Counted from the first letter of the stretch, positions 1 through 10,150 are shown. The stretch is 48,760 bases of DNA from Hydrolagus colliei (GCA_035084275.1 JAYJKW010000046.1:62001-110760); one strand, 5' to 3'. A program made the numbers and translations. Notes: generated by a model from the letters alone, not told the origin.

Positions 1-47
1 CGCACCCCCCCCCCCCCCCACTGTCGGCTTGTCGGACTCGAACTCTC

Positions 48-53
48 AATAAA
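48..53 (+). terminator. AATAAA poly(A) signal for the membrane-form transcript of a preceding cluster (cluster 0)
   Basis: Same context (ctgtcggcttgtcggactcgaactctcAATAAAcgatag) as the signal about 300 bp after TM2 in clusters 1-3. Confidence 0.7.
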
Positions 54-145
54 CGATAGAACTCAGTGAACTGTTGACTCCCTCTCTTTCCTGTTGCTCG
101 AGCCTCGAGTTCTGTGGGTGTCTTGACGTCTGACTGGGAGCTCCC

Positions 146-265
146 GCAGCTCAGTGGGTTAGAGCAACGCACTAGCTCGCCTTACAAGCCGCGAGAGAGA
201 GACCTGGGTTCGAATCCAGGCAGGTCAGGTCAGGAAGAGACCTCGGGACACGTTTCCTTACTCCA
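146..265 (+). mobile_element. tRNA-derived SINE head
   Basis: A-box-like gctcagtgggttagag and B-box GGTTCGAATCC (207-217), then aggtcagg and a CA tail; homologous copies at about 13656, 27363, 41395, 12148, 25903 and 39714. Confidence 0.75.
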
Positions 266-356
266 CACACATACACACAGACACACACACACATGCAGAC
301 ACACACACATACAGACTACATAGACACACACACAGACAGACACACACAGACACACA

Positions 357-675
357 CGCGAGTTTTAAACGGTAGAAACATAAGAACAATAATAAAGAAT
401 AATAATCCTGGCGTTTGGATATCGCGGCTTCTCCCATTTTATCGACCGTGTCTCGAAGCTCTTCACGGGATAGACCGTCGAGTGTGGTGACTGTGTGTAT
501 GTGTCTGGGGACCCAAATCTGATGATGTGAGAAGGGCTCAGTTCCTTATCCACAGGAAACACCTGCTCTCTCTGCCACTGAATTAGAATCTGTGCCTCTT
601 AATACTGACCTGACCTGAAAGCCGACCACTGGAGACTGGTTAAAAATACTCCAAGAAACAGCTCAAGCTGTGAAC
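357..675 (-). repeat. Left arm of inter-cluster inverted repeat (L2-tailed, DeuSINE/SacSINE1-like relic)
   Basis: Reverse complement of about 1865-2186; minus strand ends ...tgtgaagcgcttcgagac...gatatccaaacgccaggattattatt, an L2-type SINE tail. Family name is from recalled similarity only. Confidence 0.65.
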
Positions 676-1015
676 ACACACACTCACACACACTCACACA
701 CACACTCACACTCTCACTCACTCACACACACACTCACACACACACTCACACTCACTCACATTCACTCACACAGCCACACACACACACTCACTCGCACACA
801 CAGATACGCACACACACACCACACATACTCACGCACACACTCAACACACAGTCACACACAAACCATACACACAAATACACACACACGCACACTCCACACA
901 TACACACTCACACGCAAACCACACACACACACACACACCACACAGACTCACACGCAAACTCCACACACACACACACACTCCACACACACACACAAACACA
1001 AATACGCACACACGT
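676..1015. repeat. Imperfect (CA)n microsatellite
   Basis: Direct inspection; source of His/Thr-rich spurious ORFs. Confidence 0.95.
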
Positions 1016-1471
1016 ATTGGTGAGGGGGGTGGGGGTCAATCCCAGCTGTGTCCTGTGACAAGCCGTGGCCGCCGCTCGAACCCCCTGCTCCCCGCCAGCC
1101 ACCCCCTGATGGTCTCCCGTCCACTCGCGAGTCTCTCGAATCGGTGACGAGGCCCAGAGAGAAACAATAATCTCCCGAATTATATAGAAATCTAATAATC
1201 ACATTAATGTTAATAATCACCGATCCCGGCATTGGATACGGCGGCGTTTTGTTTTCGACGGCGTCTAGAAGCGCTTCGCGGGATAGACCGTCAAGTGTAG
1301 TGACTGTATGTACATGGATATATTTGAGGGAGAGAGAAACGCGGCAGCCGATTGCGCACGGCAGCGTCACCCACCCCCCCCCCCCCACACACACACACAC
1401 ACACACTCACTCACAGATTGAAATGACAGATTTTTTATCATAGGGGTATTTTTGGAGGGATTATTATTAGG

Positions 1472-1870
1472 CGTGTGTGTGTGAGTGAGTGTGTGTGTGT
1501 GTTGAGTGTGTCGGTGTGTGTGTGTCCAAGTGTGTGTGTGTGGAGTGTGAGTATGTGTAGAGTGTCTGTGTGCATATTTGTGTGTGTGTGTGGAGTTTGT
1601 GTGTGAGTATGTGTGTGTGTGTCTGTTTGAGTGCGAGTGAGTGTGAGTGCGTGCGAGTGTGTGTGTGTCTGTATGAGTGTGTGTGAGTATGTATATGAGT
1701 GTGTGTGTGCGTATTTGTGTGTGAGTGGGTGTGTGACTGAGTGCTTGTGTGTGTGTGTGTGCGAGTGAGTGTGTGTGTGTCTGTGTGAGTGAATGTGAAT
1801 GCGTGTGAGTGTGTGTAGTGTGTGTGTCTATGTGTGTGTGTGTGTGTGTATGTGCGAGTGTGTGTGTGTG
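1472..1870. repeat. Imperfect (TG)n microsatellite
   Basis: Direct inspection; mirror of the (CA)n tract at 676-1015. Confidence 0.95.
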
Positions 1871-2186
1871 TTGAAAGCTTGACCTGTTTGTTGGAGTATT
1901 TTTAACCAGTCTCCAGTGGTCGGCTTTCAGGTCAGGTCAGTATTAAGAGGCAGAGACTCTAATTCAGTGGCAGAGAGAGCAGGTGTTTCCTGTAGATAAG
2001 GAACTGAGCCATTCTCACATCATCACATTTGGGTCCCCAGACACATACACACAGTCACTACACTCGACGGTCTATCCTGTGAAGCGCTTCGAGACACGGT
2101 CGATAAGACGGGAGAAGCCGCGATATCCAAACGCCAGGATTATTATTATTTATTATTATTATGTCTCTACCGTTTAAAACTCGTGA
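1865..2186 (+). repeat. Right arm of inter-cluster inverted repeat (L2-tailed SINE relic)
   Basis: ggagtatttttaaccagtctccagtgg...ctaccgtttaaaactcgtg mirrors 357-675; recurs in every spacer. Confidence 0.65.
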
Positions 2187-2802
2187 AAAAATTAAGTTAA
2201 ATTAGTTAAATTGAATTAAATCCGCTTAATTTCGCTTCACGTTCCATCAAAAGCCAGAGTGGTTTTGTGAGGCGGACACACGCGGCTGTGTGTGTGTGTG
2301 TGTGTGTTTGTGTGTGGACGTGTGTGTGTGAGTGTGTCTGTGTGTATGTGTTTATTTGTGTGTACAGTGTATATATGTTTGAGCGTATGTTTGTAATAAT
2401 AATCATAATTATAATCCTCGCGTTTGATATCGCGGCTCATCACCTCTTATCCACGTCTCAAAGCGCTTCACAGAATAGACTGTCAAGTGTAGTGACTGTA
2501 TATATGTTTTGTGGGGAGAGCGAATCGCGATCGGCAGCCGATTGCACAAATCAGCGTCCCCCCCACCCTCCCACACACACACACGCAGCCAATGGTGGGT
2601 TGAAAATGACCAACTTTCATTGTTTTATTTTTATTATAGTGGGTTTGTTTTTGGAGGNNNNNNNNNNNNNNNNNNNNNNNNNNNNNNNNNNNNNNNNNNN
2701 NNNNNNNNNNNNNNNNNNNNNNNNNNNNNNNNNNNNNNNNNNNNNNNNNNNNNNNNNNNNNNNNNNNNNNNNNNNNNNNNNNNNNNNNNNNNNNAAGCTT
2801 TC

Positions 2803-2935
2803 GCCCTGACCTGACCTGATCTGCCTGGATTTGAAACACACAGATATATCATGCTTGCAAGGCAAGCGAGCGAGAGAGAGAGAGAGAGCAAGAGAGAGAG
2901 AGAGAGCGAGCGAGCGAGCGCTCTAACCACCGAGC
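2803..2935 (-). mobile_element. Antisense tRNA-derived SINE upstream of VH promoter
   Basis: ccctgacctgacctgatctgcctggatttgaa...ctctaaccaccgagc is the reverse complement of the SINE head, with a (GA)n expansion; present before all four V genes. Confidence 0.6.
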
Positions 2936-3119
2936 CACAGAAAGCTCCCACTATTGACACTCGTATTAATTAATATGAACTTTACTGCCGTCCAGGCAGA
3001 AGGTAAATTAATGATCAGTGCGGGGGTCAGAGGGAATGTGAGGTGTGACTCTCCCCCCCCCCCCCCACCTCCTTCACTGCCCTCCCCCCCCACATCCTTC
3101 ACCCCCCTCCCTACCCTCT

Positions 3120-3225
3120 CTCCGCCCCCCCTCTCTTCCTCCCTCCGCCCCCCTCCCCAATCAGCCCTGATACCTCATTGGTCCGTTCCCCAGACACCCG
3201 GCCTCGTCCCCCTGGTTAAATAGCA
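3120..3225 (+). promoter_or_regulatory. VH1 core promoter (GC boxes, CCAAT at 3157, ATTGG at 3177, TATA-like TTAAATA 3216-3222)
   Basis: Motifs conserved upstream of all four leaders, about 110 bp before the ATG; no ATGCAAAT octamer seen. Confidence 0.55.
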
Positions 3226-3333
3226 GCTCAGTGTGTAACAGACCCCATCTGTCCACCAGACAGCTCTCTATCTCTCGGCTGTTGTGGCTCAAACAAACAG
3301 GGCGTCAAACTCTGATACTTTGTCTGGGAAGCC

Positions 3334-3379
3334 ATGAGGTCCCTGATATCTCTCAGCCTCTTGCTGGCTCTCTTCTCAT
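3334..3379 (+). CDS. IGHV: Cluster 1 VH leader exon (MRSLISLSLLLALFS)
   Basis: gccATG context, 46-nt hydrophobic signal exon, phase-1 donor gtgagt. Confidence 0.92.
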
Positions 3380-3580
3380 GTGAGTCGGCGTTCGTCCTCG
3401 TCTAGCTTGCGTCCGTGCGTCTGTGCGTGTGTGTCTCTCTCTGTCTCTCTCTGTGTCCCTCTCTGTCTCTCTGTGTGTCCCTCTCTCTCTCTGTCTCCGT
3501 CTCTCTCTCTGTCTCCGCGTCCACGGATCTCGGTTCTCGCCGCAATTAACCTCGGGTCCCGTTTTTCTCGTTTCTCGCAG

Positions 3581-3886
3581 GCGTCCAGGGCGCTGTGGTG
3601 CTGACACAGCCGGCGACTCTAACCGGGAAGCCTGGCACGGCCGTGAGACTCACCTGTAGAACCAGCGGGTTCAATCTCGGCAGCTCCAACATGGACTGGA
3701 TCAGGCAGGTTCCTGGGAAAGGCTTGGAATGGATTGTTTATTACTACAGCTCATCCGACAATTCTTACGCGCCCGGCATTCAAAGCCGTGTCACTGTCAT
3801 CAAAGAGAATTCCAACAACATCTTCGATCTGATAATCAAAAGTCCGACAGTTCACGACACCGCCATATATTACTGTGCCAGAGACT
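3581..3886 (+). CDS. IGHV: Cluster 1 VH exon, unrearranged, open frame
   Basis: Acceptor ttctcgcag; VVLTQP..LTC..GF..W(I)[19 protein letters not shown]; 3' RSS CACAGTG 3887-3893, 23-nt spacer, ACAAATACT 3917-3925. Confidence 0.97.
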
Positions 3887-4538
3887 CACAGTGAGAGGAA
3901 CCTGGGCTGGCCTCCTACAAATACTCACACAAGCGAAGAGAGGTCCCACCCTCGACTGACTGACTGACTGGGGGGAAGTCAAGTCATGGTGTCAACACTG
4001 TGTCTGCAGCACAGAAAGGAAGGACGGGGGGGAAAACACGGGCTTCACATTGGAATGGATTCCTCGTCTCATTCCCCAAACCGAGACAGTGACCGGCGGT
4101 TCGATGGAGGGGAGTGAGGAGGGGAGTGAGGAGGGGAGTGAGTGAACGAGCTGCCTGTCTGTGCTGCGATATGCCGCCATTTCAGCCGGTAAGTGACTGT
4201 GTGGTTCTTCAGGAATGAGGTTGGATTGCGTTCCCCCCCCCCCCCCCCCCCCACCCACACAGACATTTTCATCCCACAGTTGGCTGTGTGTGGGGGACGC
4301 TGCCGCGTTTCGCTCTCCCACAAACACACAGTCAATTCACTTTACAGTATTTCCTGTGAAACGCTTTGAGACACAGTCTTGAAGACGTGAAAAGTATCGA
4401 TATCAAATGGAATTATTATTATTATTATTATCTGAGACTCTGTCCGGCATTAAAATAGCCCATTTCAGTGACTTTTCGCAGCCAGTGTAGAGAGAGCAGA
4501 GACCGAGGCCAGTATTTGTATGGGACTGTATCACTGTG

Positions 4539-4550
4539 TATACAGTGGGT
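4539..4550 (+). other. IGHD: Cluster 1 DH1 (TATACAGTGGGT), 12/22 RSS
   Basis: AGTATTTGT 4511-4519, 12 nt, CACTGTG 4532-4538; CACAATG 4551-4557, 22 nt, ACAAAAACC 4580-4588. Confidence 0.93.
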
Positions 4551-4845
4551 CACAATGCTACATACAGCCACTTCCTCATACAAAAACCTCAGCCACAGAC
4601 TCCGCAAGCCACTGTCCTCACAGCTACAGTCACAGCGGCCGATGGCGCACGGCAGCGTCCCCCACACACAGCCAACGTTGGGTTGAAAACGGTCCATTTT
4701 ATTATTATTGTGTGTGTTTTCTCGGAGGGATTGTTATCGGGCGCGTGTGTGTGTAGAGTCTGTGGGAGGGTTGTCGGAAACGCCAGGACAGTATTTGTGG
4801 GTTCAGCCTGAGCCTGAGGTTTGTGTCACAGTGTGTATCACTGTG

Positions 4846-4855
4846 TAACTGGAGT
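4846..4855 (+). other. IGHD: Cluster 1 DH2 (TAACTGGAGT), 12/12 RSS
   Basis: GGTTTGTGT 4818-4826, 12 nt, CACTGTG 4839-4845; CACAGCG 4856-4862, 12 nt, ACAAAAACC 4875-4883. Confidence 0.93.
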
Positions 4856-5292
4856 CACAGCGTTAACTGTCAATACAAAAACCCTCCAACAGCAAAACCT
4901 TCTCAATCTCTCCCACCGCCGGCTTGTGAGGGTCCCAATTAACGCTCGGAGAGTTGACGTGTGTATGAGGAGACCCACCACTGAGGAATTTTCAGCCGAT
5001 TTGACTTAAAAACACATGAAACGTCGTATTTTGAATCTCAAATCCGTGGGCGACAATCGCAATGGGGGCTGTTTTGTTGTCGGGAACACAGCAAGACACA
5101 GGCGTTTAACAACAGGCGAACGCAGATTGTTCTGTGCGATTGTTGTTGTTGGTGTTGGGAACATGACAGAGAGAGACGGTTCCCTGCGTTTTGTTTTTGG
5201 GGGAATATACCATTTGGAATAACAGATTGTTTGTGTGACCTGTCCTCACAGCAAGTTATTGTAGTGAGCAGACCACTGACTGAGGCACTGTG

Positions 5293-5340
5293 ACTATCTT
5301 GACTACTGGGGACAAGGGACCATGCTGACAGTGACTGACG
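5293..5340 (+). CDS. IGHJ: Cluster 1 JH (YLDYWGQGTMLTVTD)
   Basis: AGTTATTGT 5254-5262, 23 nt, CACTGTG 5286-5292; WGQG motif; donor gtaaga. Confidence 0.96.
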
Positions 5341-5679
5341 GTAAGAAACAATTGCGAACGAGCGAAAGAAAGAACGCGCTCACTCACTCACTCAATAATA
5401 ATCCGTCCAAAAAAAAAATTCCCACTGAAATAAAATTGGTTATTTTCAATCCACGGCTATTTGTAGGGAAGCTGCTGTGCGCAATTGGCTGCCGTGTTCG
5501 TCTCTCCCACAAAATATATTGTCAATTCAGTGTATTCTGTGCAGAGCTTTTGAGACGTTGATAAAATGTGAAAAGCTCGCAGTCAAATGCAATGATTATT
5601 ATTTAATGTTTGATATTTAATGTTTAATGTGTACGGTTTAGAGTTTAAATTTGAAAGTTCAGCATGTAGCATGTAGAAA

Positions 5680-6010
5680 GTAATATTTAAAATTAAAAAA
5701 TGTAACTTTTAAAATGGAAAATTTTAATTTTAAAATGGAAAATTTTAATTTTNNNNNNNNNNNNNNNNNNNNNNNNNNNNNNNNNNNNNNNNNNNNNNNN
5801 NNNNNNNNNNNNNNNNNNNNNNNNNNNNNNNNNNNNNNNNNNNNNNNNNNNNNNNNNNNNNNNNNNNNNNNNNNNNNNNNNNNNNNNNNNNNNNNNNNNN
5901 NNNNNNNNNNNNNNNNNNNNTTTACAATTTTTACAATTTTTACATTGTACATTGTACATTGTACATTGTACATTGTACATTTTAAATTTTAAATTTTAAA
6001 ATTGAAATTT
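5680..6010. repeat. AT-rich 7-bp-period tandem array in J-CH1 intron (partly gapped)
   Basis: (CATTGTA)n and (TTTTAAA)n; fully resolved homologue at 19470-19770. Confidence 0.85.
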
Positions 6011-7289
6011 AATGTCACATGTTACATGTAAAATTTATATGAATTATTTCATTATAATTATATTATTAGTATTATTGCTGGTATATTTTCGGTGGTTAGT
6101 GACTCCACCGCTGAAGTCACACTGACAGACTTCCTGCGATGTCTGATCGTGGTGATGCCGGCTGCTGATTGTGGGGGTACGATGGGGTCGGGAATTGTAT
6201 AAATACGTTTGAAACTTTTGCCGCGTGTGGGAATCAGGGCCTGAATGTTGTGGGATGAGCGAGTGGCAGCCTGTCTGATCGGTTCCAATCTGAATTTCAA
6301 TCGTTTGGTTAGTAGGAAGGAAAGAGGCTCGACCGGGGGAGAGGGGGGGAGACTGGGGTGGTGTGGGGGAGACTGAGAGTCAAGTGGGTTTACACTGCTG
6401 GGATGTCATTGCAAATACAGTCACTAAAACTGCTTGGATATTACAATAATATAATAATTTTAACATCTTATCGACTGTGTCTCAAAGCGCTTCACAGAAT
6501 AGACTGTCAAGTGTAGTGACTGTATATTTGTGGGAGAGTGAAACACGGCAGCCAATTGCGCACACACAGCCGTGGATTGAAAATCACAATTTTTATTGTT
6601 GTGGTTTCTTTTGGAGGGATGACTATAGGTGTCTGTGTCTGTGTGTGTGTGGAGCAAGCAAACTTGGCCCCAGGTCTCGCCCTGACCTGATCTGCCCGGA
6701 TTCGAACACAGGTCTTGCGCTTGCGAGGCGAGTGAGTGTCTCTAACCACTGAGCTTCAGGAGCTCAGAATTTCATTTCAATTTGATTTTCACGGCAATTG
6801 AGTGAGGCTTCCTCACAGCGCACAGTAGACACTAGAGGTCGTTGCTGCTCTACAATCATCTGGTTCCTGTTTCACACCAACTGATCGGCGGAGAAAACAC
6901 ACACAGATCTGATTTCAATCGAACACACAGCGTAAACTCTGTATAAGAGATCCAGGTGTTAGTAATGAGAACATTCCTTGCGTTAGACGTGGCGGCTTTT
7001 CACATCCGATCGACTGTGTCTCAAAGCGCTTCACAGAACAGACTGTCAATTGAAGTGACTGTACGTTTGTGGGCGAAACGCAGATTGAAGGCTCCATGTT
7101 GTGACGTGGAAGGACAGAGTGTGAGCTGGCTGGCCAGTCACCGAGAGCGAGAGAAAGGGACAGAGAGAGAGAGAGAGAGAGAGGGAGATAGAGCATCAGG
7201 CTGAGAGAAGGGGAGTGTTGAGTAACCTGTGGGTTATTCGACGGAAACAGTTTGCGTTTGAGATGTCAGGGTTCAGGCTGTGATTGAGT

Positions 7290-7695
7290 GTGAGACCTGA
7301 TTAGAAGAATCAGAGGTGATCTTATAGAAACCTATCAGATTATTAAGGGGCATTGACACAGTAGACAGTGGGAGACTGTCTCCCTTGGTTGGAGAAACCA
7401 TAACTAGAGGATCACAGTCTGAAGATGAGGGGTCAGCCTTTTCACACTGAGTTGAGGAAAAACATCTTCACTCAAGAGGATAGTCAATGGATGGAATTCT
7501 CTACCCCAAAGGCCTATCGATACTCAGTCAGTCCCTCGACATACTTAAGACGGAGATTGATGAGATTTCTTGAGGATAAAGGGATTAAGAGGAGATGGGG
7601 ACAAGGCGGAGGGTGGGGGGAGTTAGATTAGAAGATCAGCCGTGATCTTATTGAATGGCAGGGCGGGCTCGAGGGGCTGAATGGCCTACTCCTGT
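7290..7695 (+). mobile_element. CR1-clade LINE 3' fragment
   Basis: Degenerate ORF2 C-terminus (RGDLIETYQIIKG; LRKNIFTQ) and 3' end gatcagccgtgatcttattgaatggc...gaggggctgaatggcctactcctg; copies at about 21045-21450 and 34975-35305. Confidence 0.8.
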
Positions 7696-7811
7696 GTGTG
7701 TATTGACGCGTGTGGCAGGTCTCGTCCAGTGTATCTGTGGCGTCTGACCCAATTGGACAAGAGCGGAAACCTGGTGGGCGGGGTCTAACTTTGCTCTCTT
7801 CGCGTTTCCAG

Positions 7812-8120
7812 ACACCCCTAGAGCTCCCAGTCTTTACGCCCTCCAGCCCACCTGCGGGTCGCCCCCCCTCGAAGGCCAACTCACGTTCGGGTGTCTGGCC
7901 GCCGACTACTCCCCCGAGCCGGCCACTTTCAGCTGGACCTCCAATGGACATCCCATCACCAACGAAGGCCAAGTCAAGAGTTACCCCCCAGTGCTAAACA
8001 AGGCCGGTTTCTACACAGCCAGCAGCCAGCTGACCATCCAGGCATCTCAGGTGGACATCTCCAATCTCGGTTGTCAGGTCAAAAGCAGCAGCTGGTCAGG
8101 CGAGAATATCATTTTCCCAG
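7812..8120 (+). CDS. IGHM: Cluster 1 Cmu1 exon
   Basis: Acceptor tttccag, donor gttagt; manual translation DTPRAPSLYALQPTC..LTFGCLAADYSPEPATFSW..SSQLTI..NLGCQVK..IIFP is open and homologous to ORF 35292-35735. Confidence 0.92.
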
Positions 8121-8269
8121 GTTAGTTTTGTGTTCACAAAGGTACAGAGACAATCAGACAACAACAACACCAACATTACCCCTGTGTAGAGCCTTTCACG
8201 CGAGGCTTGAGGGGCTGAATGGCCTACTTCTGCTCCTAGTGCTTATGCTCGTATGACGTTGAGCCTAAT

Positions 8270-8580
8270 GGGCCAGCCTTTCCATCCGTCCACCGCCCCC
8301 CAATCTCTGGAACTCCATCCCTCAGTCCCTCCGCCTAGCTCCCTCCCTCCCTCTCTCCATCCCTCTCTCCCTCCCTGGCCTCCTTCAAGTCTCGCCTCAA
8401 GACCCTCCTCTTCGATGCGCCCATCGGCAAATCCTAATCTCCCCACACCACACCCCCTCCCCACCCGCCCGCACCCCCCACCCCCCACACCCCACCCCAT
8501 CACATTGTCCTCCGCCTTGGGACGTCCTCCTGACGTGAAAGTCCCCGTCTGTGCGTATCTAATTTTGTCCTTGTTGTTGT
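8270..8580 (+). mobile_element. L2 LINE 3' relic in CH1-CH2 intron
   Basis: LWNSIPQSLR..FKSRLKTLLFD-like remnant, then cgccttgggacgtcctcctgacgtgaaag and a (TTG)n tail, matching the L2 end at 28826-29285. Confidence 0.7.
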
Positions 8581-8585
8581 CGCAG

Positions 8586-8918
8586 TTGTAGACCCGCCGC
8601 CACCGTCCTCGCCCCCAGTTGTGCTCCTCACACAGACGTCCCCAGAAGACATCGCCTTCGCCAACCAGGCCACCCTTCTCTGCTCAGTCTCTGGCTTCAG
8701 TCCGGACAAGCTCAGGGTTGACTGGCTGAAGGACGGGAAGGCCTTGGCCTCAGGCTTCAAGAGCTCCCCTTCGCTCAATGACAATGGGACCTTCAGTACT
8801 GACAGCCGGCTGATCATCCCAGCCACAGCCTGGACGAAAGACATGGTTTATTCCTGCAAAGTCACCCATGACCCCTCCCAGACCCTCATCATCAGGAACA
8901 TCACCAATTGGAGCCCAG
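8586..8918 (+). CDS. IGHM: Cluster 1 Cmu2 exon (alternative in-frame acceptor at 8592)
   Basis: VVDPPPPSSPPVVLLTQ..ATLLCSVSGFSP..VDWLKDG..YSCKVTH..NITNWSP; donor gtaggg. Confidence 0.92.
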
Positions 8919-9413
8919 GTAGGGTTGGGATCTCCTGTATCTCAGTGGTACAGAGCACTCGCTCTCTCTCACACACACACACACTCACAATAACCCAGTC
9001 CCCACACACACTCACACTCACTCACACAAACTCACTCATGCACACACACACACACTCTCACACATGCACACACACACACAAACACACACTCTCACACATG
9101 CACACACGCACACACTCACAAACGCACACATGCACACTCACATACACACACTCACACACACACATGCACACTCACGTACACACACACCTACTCACAATAA
9201 CCCAGTCCTACACACAAACGCACAACTAGAATCACCCAGCACCCCCCCCCACACACTCACACTAAGTGTGTTGTGTGTGCTACATGTGTGCTGCGTGTGT
9301 GTGCGTACGTGTGTGTGTGTGTTAGGGGGGAGAGTATGGAAACTTGCCCAGGGTCTCCCCCTGCCCTGCCCTGACCTTGACCCTGACCTGATCTGCCCGG
9401 ATTCGAACCGCAG

Positions 9414-9725
9414 GACCTCCCGATTGTCCGCCTGCTGTGCTAGAAGTCGGCGTGTCTCTGCTGCCGCCCTCACCGAGGCAGCTGCTGACGCAGCCCACCG
9501 TCACCCTGACCTGCGTCGTGACCAACGCCCCCATCGGCGTCACGGTGAGTTGGACTCAAGGACAGACGGCCTTACAGTCGACGCACGAGAATCTCTCGGA
9601 TCGGCGAGCGGTCAGCGAGTTGGTGATTCCCACCCAAGACTGGACCAGTAGGAAGAGATACGCCTGCCAGGCCAGCCACCCAAGCATGGCCTCTCCCAAG
9701 CGCGCAGAGATATCCAAGAGCGAAG
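9414..9725 (+). CDS. IGHM: Cluster 1 Cmu3 exon (alternative in-frame acceptor at 9444)
   Basis: GPPDCPPAVLEVGVSLLPPS..LTCVV..VSW..YACQASHPS..SKSE; donor gtgagc. The 5' boundary is inferred. Confidence 0.88.
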
Positions 9726-9779
9726 GTGAGCAAAGGACGCCAGGGGTTTTCGGGACCAACGAATGGTTTCTTTGGCTTA

Positions 9780-10150
9780 TTGGCAACTGGAACTCCTTAT
9801 CCCAACCTGCTCTCGCTCCCTTCCTCCCTCCCACCCTCCCTCACTCCCTCGCTCCCTCCGTCCCTCCGTCCCTCCCTCCCTCCCTCCCCACATCCCACAT
9901 TCCCTCCACCTCGCTCACTCGCCCCCTCCCTCCCTGGCGTCTCTTCGAGTCCCACCTCAAGACTCTCCTCTTCGATGCACCCATCGGCAACTCCTAATCT
10001 CCCCCCTCCCCCTCCCCCTCACGCCACCCCACCCCACCCCCCGTCTTACCCTCACACGGGTCTGACACAGTGACTGTCCCTCGCCGTGGGACGTCCTCCT
10101 GACGTGAAAGTGTCTCTGCGAGCGTCGTCCGTTTTGTCGCCGCCATTGAT
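9780..10150 (+). mobile_element. L2 LINE 3' relic in CH3-CH4 intron
   Basis: WNSL..FESHLKTLLFDAPIGNS remnant and gggacgtcctcctgacgtgaaag; homologous to 8270-8580. Confidence 0.65.

Noticed and set aside
146-230. Possible tRNA-Val gene (A-box, CTTACAA loop, B-box)
   Set aside because: No acceptor stem, insertions in the arms, and followed by a SINE body in many dispersed copies; it is a SINE head.
670-1023. His/Thr-rich and Cys/Val-rich ORFs here and throughout the window
   Set aside because: Translations of (CA)n/(TG)n microsatellites or of N gaps; no splice or domain support.
3996-4016. Pseudo-D-like CACTGTG-TCTGCAG-CACAGAA between V and D1, in all clusters
   Set aside because: No nonamer at 12 or 23 nt on either side; not supportable as a gene segment.
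5016-5222. ORF MKRRILNLKSVG.. repeated in four copies, and similar repeated short ORFs
   Set aside because: Recurrence is explained by unit duplication; it lies in the D2-J interval and has no recognisable domain.
6409-6416. Octamer-like TTGCAAAT in the J-C intron as an Emu equivalent
   Set aside because: One mismatch from consensus and changed to TTGAAAAT in clusters 3 and 4.
400-7100. CRISPR-like recurrence of gtctcaaagcgcttcacagaatagactgtcaagtgtagtgactgt
   Set aside because: Irregular spacing, both orientations and eukaryotic context; these are dispersed L2-tailed SINE relics.
7812-8120. Cmu1 of clusters 1/2 as a pseudogene because it is missing from the ORF track
   Set aside because: Manual translation from the acceptor is open to the donor; it is missing only because there is no in-frame start codon.
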